Part shown: positions 9,481 through 21,256 of the stretch, piece by piece
How the letters are laid out: the number at the start of each line of letters is the position of its first letter
Numbering within the stretch: position 1 is the stretch's first letter
Source: Alkanindiges sp. WGS2144
GTDB lineage: Bacteria; Pseudomonadota; Gammaproteobacteria; Pseudomonadales; Moraxellaceae
Reading direction: 5' to 3' (one strand)
Assembly (NCBI RefSeq): GCF_043950625.1
Contig: NZ_CP171007.1
Length of the DNA: 32,000 nt
The notes under the pieces: model-generated
Told to the model about the DNA's origin: nothing
What the model saw: only the letters and a program-made list of their open reading frames with translations
The model's database searches: none
Made by a program: the position numbers and the translations under genes

Positions 9481-10062
9481 CTAACGATCAAACAGAAAAT
9501 TGATCATCAGTGGGATTTTAGTGTCCATATCAGACATAAAATGATCGCCGCCTGGCTCAATGATCAGTGCGCTTTGTGCATGATCCTGACTAAAATAGTT
9601 TTCCGCTTCACGATAATCCAGCACCTCATCACCCTGCTTGAGCAAAACCAGAATCCTGTCAGGATAAGGAGGTACCGGAAAAAAAAGCGCCTGTAAATCA
9701 TCCAGCTGATCCGGGGTAACCAGCCAGCCTGTCTCTGTGCAATACTCGGCTTCACCATTGGCAAAGAACCGTTTAAACCGTTCAAATGGTCGCACAGACG
9801 GATTAACAAGAACAGCCTTTACTGCATGCTTAGCGACACATGCTGTCGCATAAAAGCCGCCCAGACTGCTTCCCACCAGCCCGGTATGCGGGTCACTCTC
9901 AATTGCGTCCTGCAACCATTGCATCACCTGTTTGGGCGGCATATTAAGATCAGGCCGCTGCACCTTAATTTCAGGACGGTTAGCCTTGCACCAATCTTCC
10001 AGCATTTGTCCTTTAACCGACATGGCATCACTGTTTAGGCCATGAATATAAATAAGCTGCAT
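9481..10062 (-). CDS. yqiA: YqiA/YcfP-family alpha/beta-hydrolase (esterase)
   Basis: MQLIYIHGLNSDAMSVKGQMLEDW..., nucleophile elbow GSSLGG, about 193 aa. It sits directly upstream of parE, as yqiA does in E. coli. ORF track start 10095 trimmed to ATG 10062. Confidence 0.8.
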   Translation of the reverse strand: MQLIYIHGLNSDAMSVKGQMLEDWCKANRPEIKVQRPDLNMPPKQVMQWLQDAIESDPHTGLVGSSLGGFYATACVAKHAVKAVLVNPSVRPFERFKRFFANGEAEYCTETGWLVTPDQLDDLQALFFPVPPYPDRILVLLKQGDEVLDYREAENYFSQDHAQSALIIEPGGDHFMSDMDTKIPLMINFLFDR

Positions 10063-10102
10063 ACACATCCAGGTTTTATCAAAATTCATTATCAAGCCGA
10101 TA

Positions 10103-10130
10103 ATTGTACCCCGGTTAAACTACTGTGCAA
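10103..10130 (-). promoter_or_regulatory. candidate sigma70 promoter for yqiA(-parE)
   Basis: On the minus strand: TTGCAC (10130..10125), a 16-nt spacer, then TACAAT (10108..10103). The predicted transcription start near 10096 argues against the 10095 ATG unless the mRNA is leaderless. Confidence 0.4.
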
Positions 10131-10382
10131 GTCTGCTGCTAACCTGTAAGCAAGATTTGCTATATTTGCGTAAGACACAATTTGAAATGAGTTTATGTAA
10201 CCAGAACTGCCATTTTTCACTAAGTCAATTAATTTTAAACACATTTTTTTACGGCTTCAGAGGTAAAAACGGGTTATAACGTAAGTTATGCAGTATAGAT
10301 ATGCTGATCCTATATAGTAGGTGGCAAATGTAAATGCTCATAAATAATGAGCAGTTCTGCCAATTTATAGTCCAATTTGTTA

Positions 10383-10411
10383 TTGACAGATTATGTTATC
10401 AAGAGTAAATA
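10383..10411 (+). promoter_or_regulatory. candidate sigma70 promoter for the 10511 hydrolase gene
   Basis: TTGACA (10383-10388), a 17-nt spacer, then TAAATA (10406-10411). It is about 100 nt upstream of the ATG, in an AT-rich 415-nt intergenic region. Confidence 0.35.
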
Positions 10412-10510
10412 CTATGTAACAGCTTGTGAAGTTGTGTCGCTTAACCGTGATTTAAGACTTGGTTTATAAAAAAACAGTCGATCAGGTCAGCAAATGGAGG
10501 AGACCACATC

Positions 10511-11818
10511 ATGCCCAGTTTAACCCCGCTTCACGAAACATACTGCAAGTTTGATCGTAGTCCTCCCTCTCAGGCTGACTTTTTAGAAGGCCTGTCGCAA
10601 CTGGCGACCTCCAGTGTCAGTGGCGTGGCTGAAGTAGTACAAAATATCCATCAAGAGATTTTTTCACAGGTTTTTTCCCTGACACCAAAGCAAGCCAGTT
10701 TTATCTGGAACAATGGCCTGACCAAGCGCGTCTATGGACTGACCCAGAATATCATGAAGCAGTACGGCAAGGGGCTGGCGATCAGTTTACGCGGGCTGAA
10801 CCGTTATTTTCCCGTCCTGCATGAAAAACCCCTCACTCCCCTGATGCACTTTATTGCCAATGCGCTCAATGGCGTACTGGGCGACCATATGCTAAAGACC
10901 CATAATCCGCTGGCACTACCCATGGTGCTGTATGATCGTTATGGCGAACTACATCAAGGCGAGTTAACCGGTCGTGTAGTCATTCTGGCGCATGGTCTGT
11001 GTATGAATCATCTTAGCTGGGCACCGGGCGAAAGCAGCGGCCTGGGTGAGCATATTTTGTATCATCAGCGCAGAACAACTGTCTTATATTTAAACTACAA
11101 TACTGGCCGTCATATTTCTTCTAATGGCCGCTCACTGTCCACCTTGCTGGAAGAGCTGATCAAGAAAAATCCACGTATCACTGCCATTGACCTGATTGGT
11201 CATAGCATGGGTGGGCTGGTGTCGCGCAGCGCACTGTTTTATGGCAAACAAAATGCATGTGAGTGGGTAAACTATACCGAAAACCTGGTATGCATTGGTT
11301 CACCACACCATGGCGCTGTACTGGAGCGTCTGGGTTTTATGGTACAGGAAAAAGTGGGGCAGGTACCTTTTGCCAACATTTTGGCGCAACTGGCCAATAT
11401 GCGTAGCGCAGGCATTATTGACCTGCGTCATGGTAGCGTGCGCGATGATGACTGGGAGCATTTAAAAGCCCGTATTGGACAAATGGATGACTGCCGCAAA
11501 CCAGCCCCCTTACCCTCACAGGTTAAAACTTTTTTAATTGCCGGCACCCTGGAACGTGAATCATCCAGCTCCAAAACCCTGGAAGCTCTTGGCGATTATC
11601 TGGTCAGTGTTAAAAGCGCGTTGGGAGAACATCCGCATCCACAATTTAAGCTAAAAGTACCGGAAGAACATAAAGCTGTATTTTATGGTTTAAATCATTT
11701 TGAAATTCAATATCATCCCAAGGTTCGTGAGCAGATTATTCGCTGGCTTTATCCCAACGCCAAGGAACAAATGGCAGCCCAGACTGCTGATCAGCGCATT
11801 GAAACCATGGTCGAATAG
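10511..11818 (+). CDS. alpha/beta-hydrolase, lipase/esterase-like (GHSMGG nucleophile elbow)
   Basis: 435 aa with a strong RBS (GGAGGAG). Motifs: LAHGL oxyanion region, IGHSMGGLVSRSA nucleophile elbow, candidate Asp in LGDYLVS, candidate His in GLNHFEI. The N-terminal ~150 aa has no motif I recognise. Confidence 0.75.
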   Translation: MPSLTPLHETYCKFDRSPPSQADFLEGLSQLATSSVSGVAEVVQNIHQEIFSQVFSLTPKQASFIWNNGLTKRVYGLTQNIMKQYGKGLAISLRGLNRYFPVLHEKPLTPLMHFIANALNGVLGDHMLKTHNPLALPMVLYDRYGELHQGELTGRVVILAHGLCMNHLSWAPGESSGLGEHILYHQRRTTVLYLNYNTGRHISSNGRSLSTLLEELIKKNPRITAIDLIGHSMGGLVSRSALFYGKQNACEWVNYTENLVCIGSPHHGAVLERLGFMVQEKVGQVPFANILAQLANMRSAGIIDLRHGSVRDDDWEHLKARIGQMDDCRKPAPLPSQVKTFLIAGTLERESSSSKTLEALGDYLVSVKSALGEHPHPQFKLKVPEEHKAVFYGLNHFEIQYHPKVREQIIRWLYPNAKEQMAAQTADQRIETMVE

Positions 11819-11842
11819 GTTCCATTCTGGCAACTATAAAAA

Positions 11843-11870
11843 GGGCGCTACTCGAAAGCGCTCTTTTTTT
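11843..11870. terminator. bidirectional rho-independent terminator (hydrolase gene / dsbB)
   Basis: Stem GGGCGCT (11843-11849), loop ACTCGAA, stem AGCGCTC (11857-11863, includes one G-U pair), then T7 (11864-11870). ATAAAAA precedes it, so there is a U-tract on both strands. Confidence 0.7.
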
Positions 11871-11877
11871 AAATCCA

Positions 11878-12390
11878 TTAAGAACGAACAAGCTGCCATA
11901 GATTGATCAGCAACAGGATAGTAAAAAACACCAGCGACCAGGTCGGCAGGGATTGACCCAAAAATGTCCAGTCAATTGCGGCACACTCGCCTGAACCCTG
12001 CAATACCTTGTGCACCACATCTTTTAAGGGGAAGGTATCCAGCCAGTAATCCAGCCCCGGGCCGCAGGCTGGAACTTCATCAGCAGGCAAATGCTGTAAC
12101 CAGACATGCCGTGTAGCTACCCCAAACGACCAGCCAATTGCCAGTGTAGACAGCAGCGCATAGCTGGCTCTGATCCAGCGTTTTACTGCACGACCCTGAC
12201 GCGCCATCAGGCCAGTATGTATAAAGGCGATGAGAGAAATCAGCCCCATAGCCATTAAACCCATCCGCTGAAAAATGCATAAGGGGCATGGATCAAGATG
12301 CTGATAATATTGCAGGTACAAGGCAAACAACATGCCAATAATACTGGCCAGAAATAAAAACAGGCTGACCAGCCAGTAGGGTAATCTCAT
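11878..12390 (-). CDS. dsbB: disulfide bond formation protein B
   Basis: 170 aa, 4 TM helices. First periplasmic loop has the CPLC motif (HLDPCPLCIFQR). A second Cys pair sits in the large loop (PACGPG ... GECAAIDW). Confidence 0.9.
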   Translation of the reverse strand: MRLPYWLVSLFLFLASIIGMLFALYLQYYQHLDPCPLCIFQRMGLMAMGLISLIAFIHTGLMARQGRAVKRWIRASYALLSTLAIGWSFGVATRHVWLQHLPADEVPACGPGLDYWLDTFPLKDVVHKVLQGSGECAAIDWTFLGQSLPTWSLVFFTILLLINLWQLVRS

Positions 12391-14012
12391 TAAACTTGCT
12401 CCTTCAAGGGATTGGTCAACAGGGTCTTCTGCTGACGATAGGAGGCCAGATACGTATTAAAATCTGCCTGATCCTGCTGTTCCAGTTGCTGCTGTGCCTG
12501 CCGTGATTGTTGGGCAACTTGCACAAAATACTGCCGGGTTTCTTCATCCAGTGGCGGCTGGGTTTGCTGTGCCGCATATTGTTTGGCTAGCTTTTGTCCA
12601 AAACTCCAGGAACTTCCCGCAGCCACTGTATCACTCAGCACCTGAGCCGATAAGGTCTGTTCAATATGCTCAAGCCGCTTACCCATCACCTGTAGCGCCT
12701 TTTGGTAAATGGTGTCACCTGCTGCCTCATCCAGTATGCTGGCTACTGCCTGCATTTGCTCAAGCTGGGCTCGTGCCCAGGGTTTAAATAACTGCTCCCC
12801 CTCAAGCGTAGACAAGGTCAGGTTAACCTTTCTGCCCTGATCGACCACCCGTGCCAGATTGGTATCAATACATGCCTGCTCATCAGCCTCAATAGCTGGA
12901 CTGTCCTGTAATAGGCTATATAGCGCTGCAATCTCCAAAAAGCAGGCAGTGGTTAGATCAATACCAATATCACTATAGGGGTTAATATCAACCGCCCTAA
13001 GCTCAATATAAGCCACACCGCGCTGTTGCAGTGCCTGCGCCGGGGTTTCATCAGACTGTGGAATCTGCTTGGGACGAATTGGACTGTAGTACTCATTTTC
13101 GATTTGCAGAATATGATCATTAATCTGGATAGGCTGCCCGTTTGCATCATCCAGACCCAGCTGGCTAAAAGGTGGATACGGCGTACGGATTGCCTGCTGA
13201 ATACCCTCCAGATAGCCTGTCAGCGAATTATAGTGAATACCCAGCTGGCGCTGTGCACTGTTTTGATAGCCCAGCCGTCCCATACGTAACGCTGTAGCTT
13301 CAGGCAAATACAGGGTACCTGCAGTCAAAGGTTGCAGGTGATGCTGGCGATTGGTTAAAAAGCAGGCACACACTGAAGGACTGGCACCCAGTAGGTAAAT
13401 AACCAGAGGTGACAAACGCAAGAAATTACGGATCAGACCAAAATAACGCTCGCTACGGTAATCCTGTAAGCTAAGCTGCCTGAGTGTATGCGGCGTTTCG
13501 GCCTGCTGCTGCCAGTCTACAAACAACTGATCAGCAAAAGAAATATTATAGTGCACCCCGGCAATGGTCTGCATACGACGGCCATAGCGTACGCCCAGCC
13601 CATGCCGGTACAAGGTTTTAAACCGGCCTAAATGCGATGAGCCATAACGAGCCAGCGGGATATTGTTTTCATCATTATCCAGCATGCAGGGCATGGACAT
13701 GGGCCATAAGGTTTCGCCCTCGGGCAGATTTTGCTGTACCACCATATGCAGTTTGCGTAAAAAATCCAGCGCCTGAGCCGGATGGGCACTTGGTGGCGTA
13801 ATTAGCTCCAGCAACGCTTCAGAGTAATCCGTAGTGATATAAGGATGGGTTAAGGCCGCACCCAGCGCCTGGGGATGCCCAGTTTGTGCCAAATATCCAT
13901 TGGCCTGCATGCGCAGTGATTCTTTTTCAATCCCACGCTGCATTCCGTGTAAATGATGAGGTGTTAACCAGACGGGTAGTTCAAACCGGGTTAACAAACT
14001 GGAATTTGGCAT
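12390..14012 (-). CDS. gshA: glutamate--cysteine ligase
   Basis: 540 aa. LHGMQRGIEKESLRMQANG...THPYITTDYSEALLELITP and MQTIAGVHYNISF match the gammaproteobacterial GshA pattern. Its stop TAA (12392..12390) overlaps the dsbB ATG (12390..12388). Confidence 0.93.
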   Translation of the reverse strand: MPNSSLLTRFELPVWLTPHHLHGMQRGIEKESLRMQANGYLAQTGHPQALGAALTHPYITTDYSEALLELITPPSAHPAQALDFLRKLHMVVQQNLPEGETLWPMSMPCMLDNDENNIPLARYGSSHLGRFKTLYRHGLGVRYGRRMQTIAGVHYNISFADQLFVDWQQQAETPHTLRQLSLQDYRSERYFGLIRNFLRLSPLVIYLLGASPSVCACFLTNRQHHLQPLTAGTLYLPEATALRMGRLGYQNSAQRQLGIHYNSLTGYLEGIQQAIRTPYPPFSQLGLDDANGQPIQINDHILQIENEYYSPIRPKQIPQSDETPAQALQQRGVAYIELRAVDINPYSDIGIDLTTACFLEIAALYSLLQDSPAIEADEQACIDTNLARVVDQGRKVNLTLSTLEGEQLFKPWARAQLEQMQAVASILDEAAGDTIYQKALQVMGKRLEHIEQTLSAQVLSDTVAAGSSWSFGQKLAKQYAAQQTQPPLDEETRQYFVQVAQQSRQAQQQLEQQDQADFNTYLASYRQQKTLLTNPLKEQV

Positions 14013-14222
14013 TCATTTTACTCACTTGGCAGGCCACCATATCTTGTGCACGCATTTATGTGCCCAAGCTAACGCCTTGTGATTTTGCCTTTAATTACAA
14101 CAAAAGGCATGATTGTTGATGTGAAAAAACCACTTTTTTTGCTGTTTTTCAGGGCAAAATTGTTTTTATGCTTATTTTTTAACAATCAGCAGCGCTATAG
14201 TAAGAAAAAACCTGATAAATGG

Positions 14223-14771
14223 ATGAATAACATGCATGCACAGCACGTTCTGGATTTCTGGTTTAAACAGCTAAAACCTGAGCAATGGTTTAGCCAGGAT
14301 AGTGAACTGGATCAACAGATCCGGCAACAGTTTGGACAGCTGTACCAGCAGGCAGTTGCCGGTGAGCTGTTCGCATGGCGCAAGGATGCCGAAGGCCGTC
14401 TGGCAGAAATTATTATACTTGATCAATTTTCACGCAATATTTTCCGTCAGCAGGCAGCGGCTTTTGCTGCCGATCCCATAGCACTGGTACTGGCTCAGGA
14501 AGCCATTGCGCAAAACGCAGATCAGACGCTTAGCTCGCAGCAGCGGGCATTTTTATACATGCCTTTTATGCATAGTGAATCCCTGAAAATTCAGCAGATT
14601 GCCCTCGAGTTATTTACTCAGCTGGGCAATAGCGAAAATTTAAAGTTTGCCAAACTGCACAAGGATATTATTGAGCGCTTTGGCCGCTACCCACACCGAA
14701 ATCAGGTGCTAGGGCGTGTTTCTACCCCGGAAGAACTAAATTTTTTACAGCAACCAAACAGCTCCTTTTAA
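14223..14771 (+). CDS. DUF924-family protein
   Basis: Motifs VLDFWF, LAEIIILDQFSRNIFR, YMPFMHSE and RFGRYPHRNQVLGRVSTPEELNFL are DUF924 hallmarks (from memory). ORF track start 14079 trimmed to ATG 14223 (MNNMHAQ...); ATG 14232 is equally possible. Confidence 0.8.
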   Translation: MNNMHAQHVLDFWFKQLKPEQWFSQDSELDQQIRQQFGQLYQQAVAGELFAWRKDAEGRLAEIIILDQFSRNIFRQQAAAFAADPIALVLAQEAIAQNADQTLSSQQRAFLYMPFMHSESLKIQQIALELFTQLGNSENLKFAKLHKDIIERFGRYPHRNQVLGRVSTPEELNFLQQPNSSF

Positions 14772-14855
14772 ATCCTGAAATTAAGGGTCTGAGAAAATGC
14801 AACTTTTCATGAAACCCTAGCTGCCATGTTTTAGCGTTCTGCCGAGGGAAATAAT

Positions 14856-15443
14856 ATGCTCAAAAATCTAATGATGTTGCGTTTATCTCCGCTGCTACTG
14901 GCACTATTGATAGCAGCACTGGCTGGCTGCGCCAGCATATCGCGCCAGCCACCTTCCTTTGCCAGTCTGGGTCAGTTTGAGCAATATCAGCTCAACACTG
15001 CTATCTTTCGTATCCGGTTTGTCGGTGACCCTAACATGAGTCCGGGGGTAGCAGAAGAAATTGCGTTGCTCAAAGCGGCCAAAACCGCACTGGATCATGA
15101 TTATCGTTATTTTTATGTGCTGAGTGAAACCAAGACACCCAAGCTGCGACGCACGGTGGTGTATCCGGGCAGTTTTGCAGGCTCTCCATGGTACGGACCT
15201 TATCATTCGCGCTGGCCGCATTATGGCTGGGGCTGGAATGACCCCTTTTATGATAGCGTAGTCTATAACGTTGACCCGGTTGAGATCAGTTACACCATTA
15301 AATGCTCAACCACACCCTCTGCACAACATGAGGAATTCGATGCACGCTTGATTATGGCATCTTTAGGATCAAAATATTATTTAAATCCAGATGGTAGCCC
15401 GCGCGTCATGACGCCTGAGAATAATCAAGTCCCTTCTCCTTAA
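14856..15443 (+). CDS. lipoprotein, function unknown
   Basis: Signal peptide with lipobox LLIAALAGC|AS. GAGGGA RBS. Aromatic-rich segment SPWYGPYHSRWPHYGWGWNDPFYD. Confidence 0.75.
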   Translation: MLKNLMMLRLSPLLLALLIAALAGCASISRQPPSFASLGQFEQYQLNTAIFRIRFVGDPNMSPGVAEEIALLKAAKTALDHDYRYFYVLSETKTPKLRRTVVYPGSFAGSPWYGPYHSRWPHYGWGWNDPFYDSVVYNVDPVEISYTIKCSTTPSAQHEEFDARLIMASLGSKYYLNPDGSPRVMTPENNQVPSP

Positions 15444-15463
15444 GCCTATCGATTGCTAATGGC

Positions 15464-16378
15464 TTAGCTTTGGCCTACTTCACAGTGCTGACTGATTTTA
15501 GGCTTAAGCTGTGCCAGAATTACCCCAGCCAGAGTTAATAGTCCACCCACGGTATGGTAGCTTTTCCAGGCCTCACCCAGATAAGCGATCGCAATAATGG
15601 CAGTAAACACCGGCAGCAAATTCATAAAAATACTGGTTCGGTTTGGTCCCATCAAACCCACTGCTTTTACCCAAAAAAACGGGGCAATAATGGAGGGAAA
15701 CAGGCAGGAATAAAAAATAATCCAGCCATTTTCCTGAGTAATAGATGCAAAACCCTCATACATGACGAGTGGCAACTGAAATAATGCACCAAAGAAAATC
15801 TGCACATACACACTTACCCACGTGGTTAATGGCAGCTGCCACAAGCGCACCAGTACACCATAACAAGCATAGCCTGTCACGGCCAGCAGCATTAGGCCAT
15901 CACCCAGATGGATGTCACCAGTCAGCAAACTGGCAGGATTGCCCTGACCTATTAAAATTGCAAGGCCCAGCAAGGACAACAGTCCGCCAATAATGGCAAA
16001 GCGGGTAGGCTTTTCTTTTAAAATTACAGTCGCTACCGCAATGGTCAACAAAGGAATTAAGGCGTTGATAATGCCCATATTGGTGGCTGTGGTACTGTGT
16101 GCTGCAATATAGGCCAGACCCTGATAAATCACCATACCAAACAAGCCCAGCACTGCCAGCTTACCCAGGTGGTTCTTGATCACTTGCCGCTGGTGCCATG
16201 CTTTTGGCAAAATAAAAGGCGTCAAAATTAAAAAAGCAAAAAGCCAGCGATAAAAGCTGATGCTTAATGGTGAAATAACGTCTATGGCAACCCGGGTGAT
16301 CACCACATTCACTGACCAGATTAAGACACTGATCAGCGGGAAAATAAAAATCAGGCGCGATAAAGAGGAAAACTGCAT
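15464..16378 (-). CDS. DMT-superfamily (EamA-like) transporter
   Basis: 304 aa with about 10 TM helices in two EamA-like halves, a typical drug/metabolite exporter architecture. Confidence 0.8.
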   Translation of the reverse strand: MQFSSLSRLIFIFPLISVLIWSVNVVITRVAIDVISPLSISFYRWLFAFLILTPFILPKAWHQRQVIKNHLGKLAVLGLFGMVIYQGLAYIAAHSTTATNMGIINALIPLLTIAVATVILKEKPTRFAIIGGLLSLLGLAILIGQGNPASLLTGDIHLGDGLMLLAVTGYACYGVLVRLWQLPLTTWVSVYVQIFFGALFQLPLVMYEGFASITQENGWIIFYSCLFPSIIAPFFWVKAVGLMGPNRTSIFMNLLPVFTAIIAIAYLGEAWKSYHTVGGLLTLAGVILAQLKPKISQHCEVGQS

Positions 16379-16652
16379 AGGGATTCTTTAATCAAACTAT
16401 CGTTTATTTTAGCCTGTTAAGCTTTTCTATACAAAACTCGGTACCGTCTCAAGTTAACCCTCATGACGCGAGGACTGTTTTAACAGCTTGCCTTGGCCGT
16501 TAGCTGCCATGCCGTGAATAAGCATGAGGCATTTGCTGTTTTTATACAGCTTACAGCAGTGCACTTAACTATCAGGTCATCATTTTGCAGCACTTGTGAG
16601 CGCAATTGGTGAACTAGTTTTACTCAATTAACCATAGTGTAAAGCCAGCCAT

Positions 16653-16687
16653 AAAAAAACCCGCCTTAGATAAGACGGGTTTTTTTT
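16653..16687. terminator. two-faced rho-independent terminator ending the atp operon
   Basis: A7 (16653-16659), stem ACCCGCC (16659-16665), loop TTAGATAA, stem GACGGGT (16674-16680, one mismatch), T8 (16680-16687). The minus-strand face terminates atpC. The plus-strand face has no annotated gene to terminate. Confidence 0.8.
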
Positions 16688-16825
16688 ATTTAGCTTCAAA
16701 CATTGCTCGATGAAACTCAGTTTCATTCTTGCGCTCAGGGAAAGCAGAGCTTTTCTAATCTTCGACACTCGCGCCTATGAGGCACTTTCTCACAATACGA
16801 AGCGGCTCTGCTATTTCCCCGCTCA

Positions 16826-17242
16826 TTAAGCGCGGTTTTTCAGCTTACGCAGGGTTTCCAGCTGGGCTGCTGTTTCAGCCAGTGCTGCCATGGCAGCACC
16901 TGTATCCAGTTCAGTTTTCTGGTTTTCCAGCATGGTTTCGGCCTGCTTACGGGCTTCCAGAATGGCCGCTTCGTCTAGGTCACCAGCACGAATAGCGGTA
17001 TCAGCCAACACCGTTACCACATGTGGCTGAACCTCAAGCACACCACCGGAAACATAGATAATTTCCTCGTTTCCGTTTTCCAGTTGCACACGAATAGGGC
17101 CAGGCTGAAGCAGGGTCACCAGTGGCGCGTGGCCAGGTAAAATACCCAGCTCACCACCAGCACCTTTCGCAATAAGCATGGATACCGCACCCGAATAGAT
17201 GGATTCCTTAACGCTTACTACATCACATTGCATTACTGCCAT
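16826..17242 (-). CDS. atpC: F0F1 ATP synthase subunit epsilon
   Basis: 138 aa. CDVVSVKESIYSGAVSMLIAKGAGGELGILPGHAPL is the typical epsilon N-terminal barrel. Last gene of the atp operon. Confidence 0.95.
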   Translation of the reverse strand: MAVMQCDVVSVKESIYSGAVSMLIAKGAGGELGILPGHAPLVTLLQPGPIRVQLENGNEEIIYVSGGVLEVQPHVVTVLADTAIRAGDLDEAAILEARKQAETMLENQKTELDTGAAMAALAETAAQLETLRKLKNRA

Positions 17243-17271
17243 GAGATAATCTCCCTAAACCTAAAGTGTCT

Positions 17272-18681
<1,410 letters not shown>

Positions 18682-18696
18682 TCAAATTTAAAAATG

Positions 18697-19566
18697 TTAA
18701 ACGGCAGCGGCACCGCCAACGATCTCGGAAATTTCCCGGGTAATCGCGGCTTGACGCAGCTTGTTATAAATCAGTTGCAAGCTCTTGATCAGCTCACCCG
18801 CATTGTCGGTCGCAGCCTTCATGGCAATCATACGGGCAGCTTGCTCGGAGGCAATGTTCTCTACCACACCTTGATACACCATGGACTCGATATAACGTAC
18901 CAGCAGGCCATTGAGTAACTCACTGGCTTCTGGCTCATACAGGTAATCCCAGCCATAGCTGCGGTTCAACTGCTCGCTATCACTGCCTGCTGCCAGAGGA
19001 ACCAGTTGATCAATCTCGGGCTTTTGGGTCATGGCATTGATAAACTTGTTGGATACCAGATAGACGCGATCAATTTCGCCACGATCAAAGGCATCCAGCA
19101 TCACCTGCACAGACCCTGTTAACTGTTCCATGCCCGGTGCATCACCTACCTGTGTGGTAACACCCAGCACTTTACCGCCATAATTCTTGAAAAACGTAAC
19201 CGCTTTTTGACCAATTAATGCAAACTGAACTTCAATCGACTGTTCCTGCTGGGTTTTCACGTGCTGCATCACACGCTTGAACAGGTTGATGTTTAAACCA
19301 CCTGCCAGACCACGGTCAGAAGATACAATAATATAGCCAACGCGCTTTACCGGACGCTCAACCATATAACGATGTTTGTATTCAGGGTTTGCTTGCACTA
19401 AGTGGGCAATGACACGGCGCATGTTTTCGGCATAAGGACGGCCTTGCGACATACGCTCCTGCGCACGACGCATTTTGCTGGCAGCCACCAGTTGCATAGC
19501 ACGGGTAATTTTTTGCGTGCTTTTAATGCTGGCTACCTTGGCGCGAATTTCTTTTAAACTTGCCAT
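18697..19566 (-). CDS. atpG: F0F1 ATP synthase subunit gamma
   Basis: 289 aa. [36 protein letters not shown] and C-terminal [15 protein letters not shown]. Confidence 0.97.
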   Translation of the reverse strand: MASLKEIRAKVASIKSTQKITRAMQLVAASKMRRAQERMSQGRPYAENMRRVIAHLVQANPEYKHRYMVERPVKRVGYIIVSSDRGLAGGLNINLFKRVMQHVKTQQEQSIEVQFALIGQKAVTFFKNYGGKVLGVTTQVGDAPGMEQLTGSVQVMLDAFDRGEIDRVYLVSNKFINAMTQKPEIDQLVPLAAGSDSEQLNRSYGWDYLYEPEASELLNGLLVRYIESMVYQGVVENIASEQAARMIAMKAATDNAGELIKSLQLIYNKLRQAAITREISEIVGGAAAV

Positions 19567-19660
19567 ACGCTTAACCTGTTATCTGGAAGATCCAGACGTT
19601 GTCTAAACCTTCCAAATGTGATCGGTGAATCAAGCCTAATTTTGCTGTCAGACAGAAAAA

Positions 19661-21205
<1,545 letters not shown>

Positions 21206-21256
21206 TTGCGCTATACCTCAATATTTTTTAAGTTCTGCCTAACCATGGGTTGCCCC

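Noticed and set aside
14079-14222. N-terminal extension of the DUF924 ORF. Similar extensions exist at fadD (3043-3108), yqiA (10063-10095), argS (27996-28028), MAPEG (775-816) and atpB (23529-23537).
   Set aside because: The extensions are AT-rich or low-complexity (e.g. FLLFFRAKLFLCLFF) and absent from homologues as I remember them. Internal ATGs line up with conserved N-termini and better RBS or promoter geometry.
19582-19596. Small hairpins in atp operon spacers: TCTGGA-AGA-TCCAGA before the atpG SD, CACCCGG/CCGGGTG at 22622-22647 after atpB, and CTGTC-A-GACAG at 19645-19655.
   Set aside because: The stems are only 5-7 bp, with no U-tracts and no way for me to test conservation. They are indistinguishable from chance or ordinary mRNA structure.
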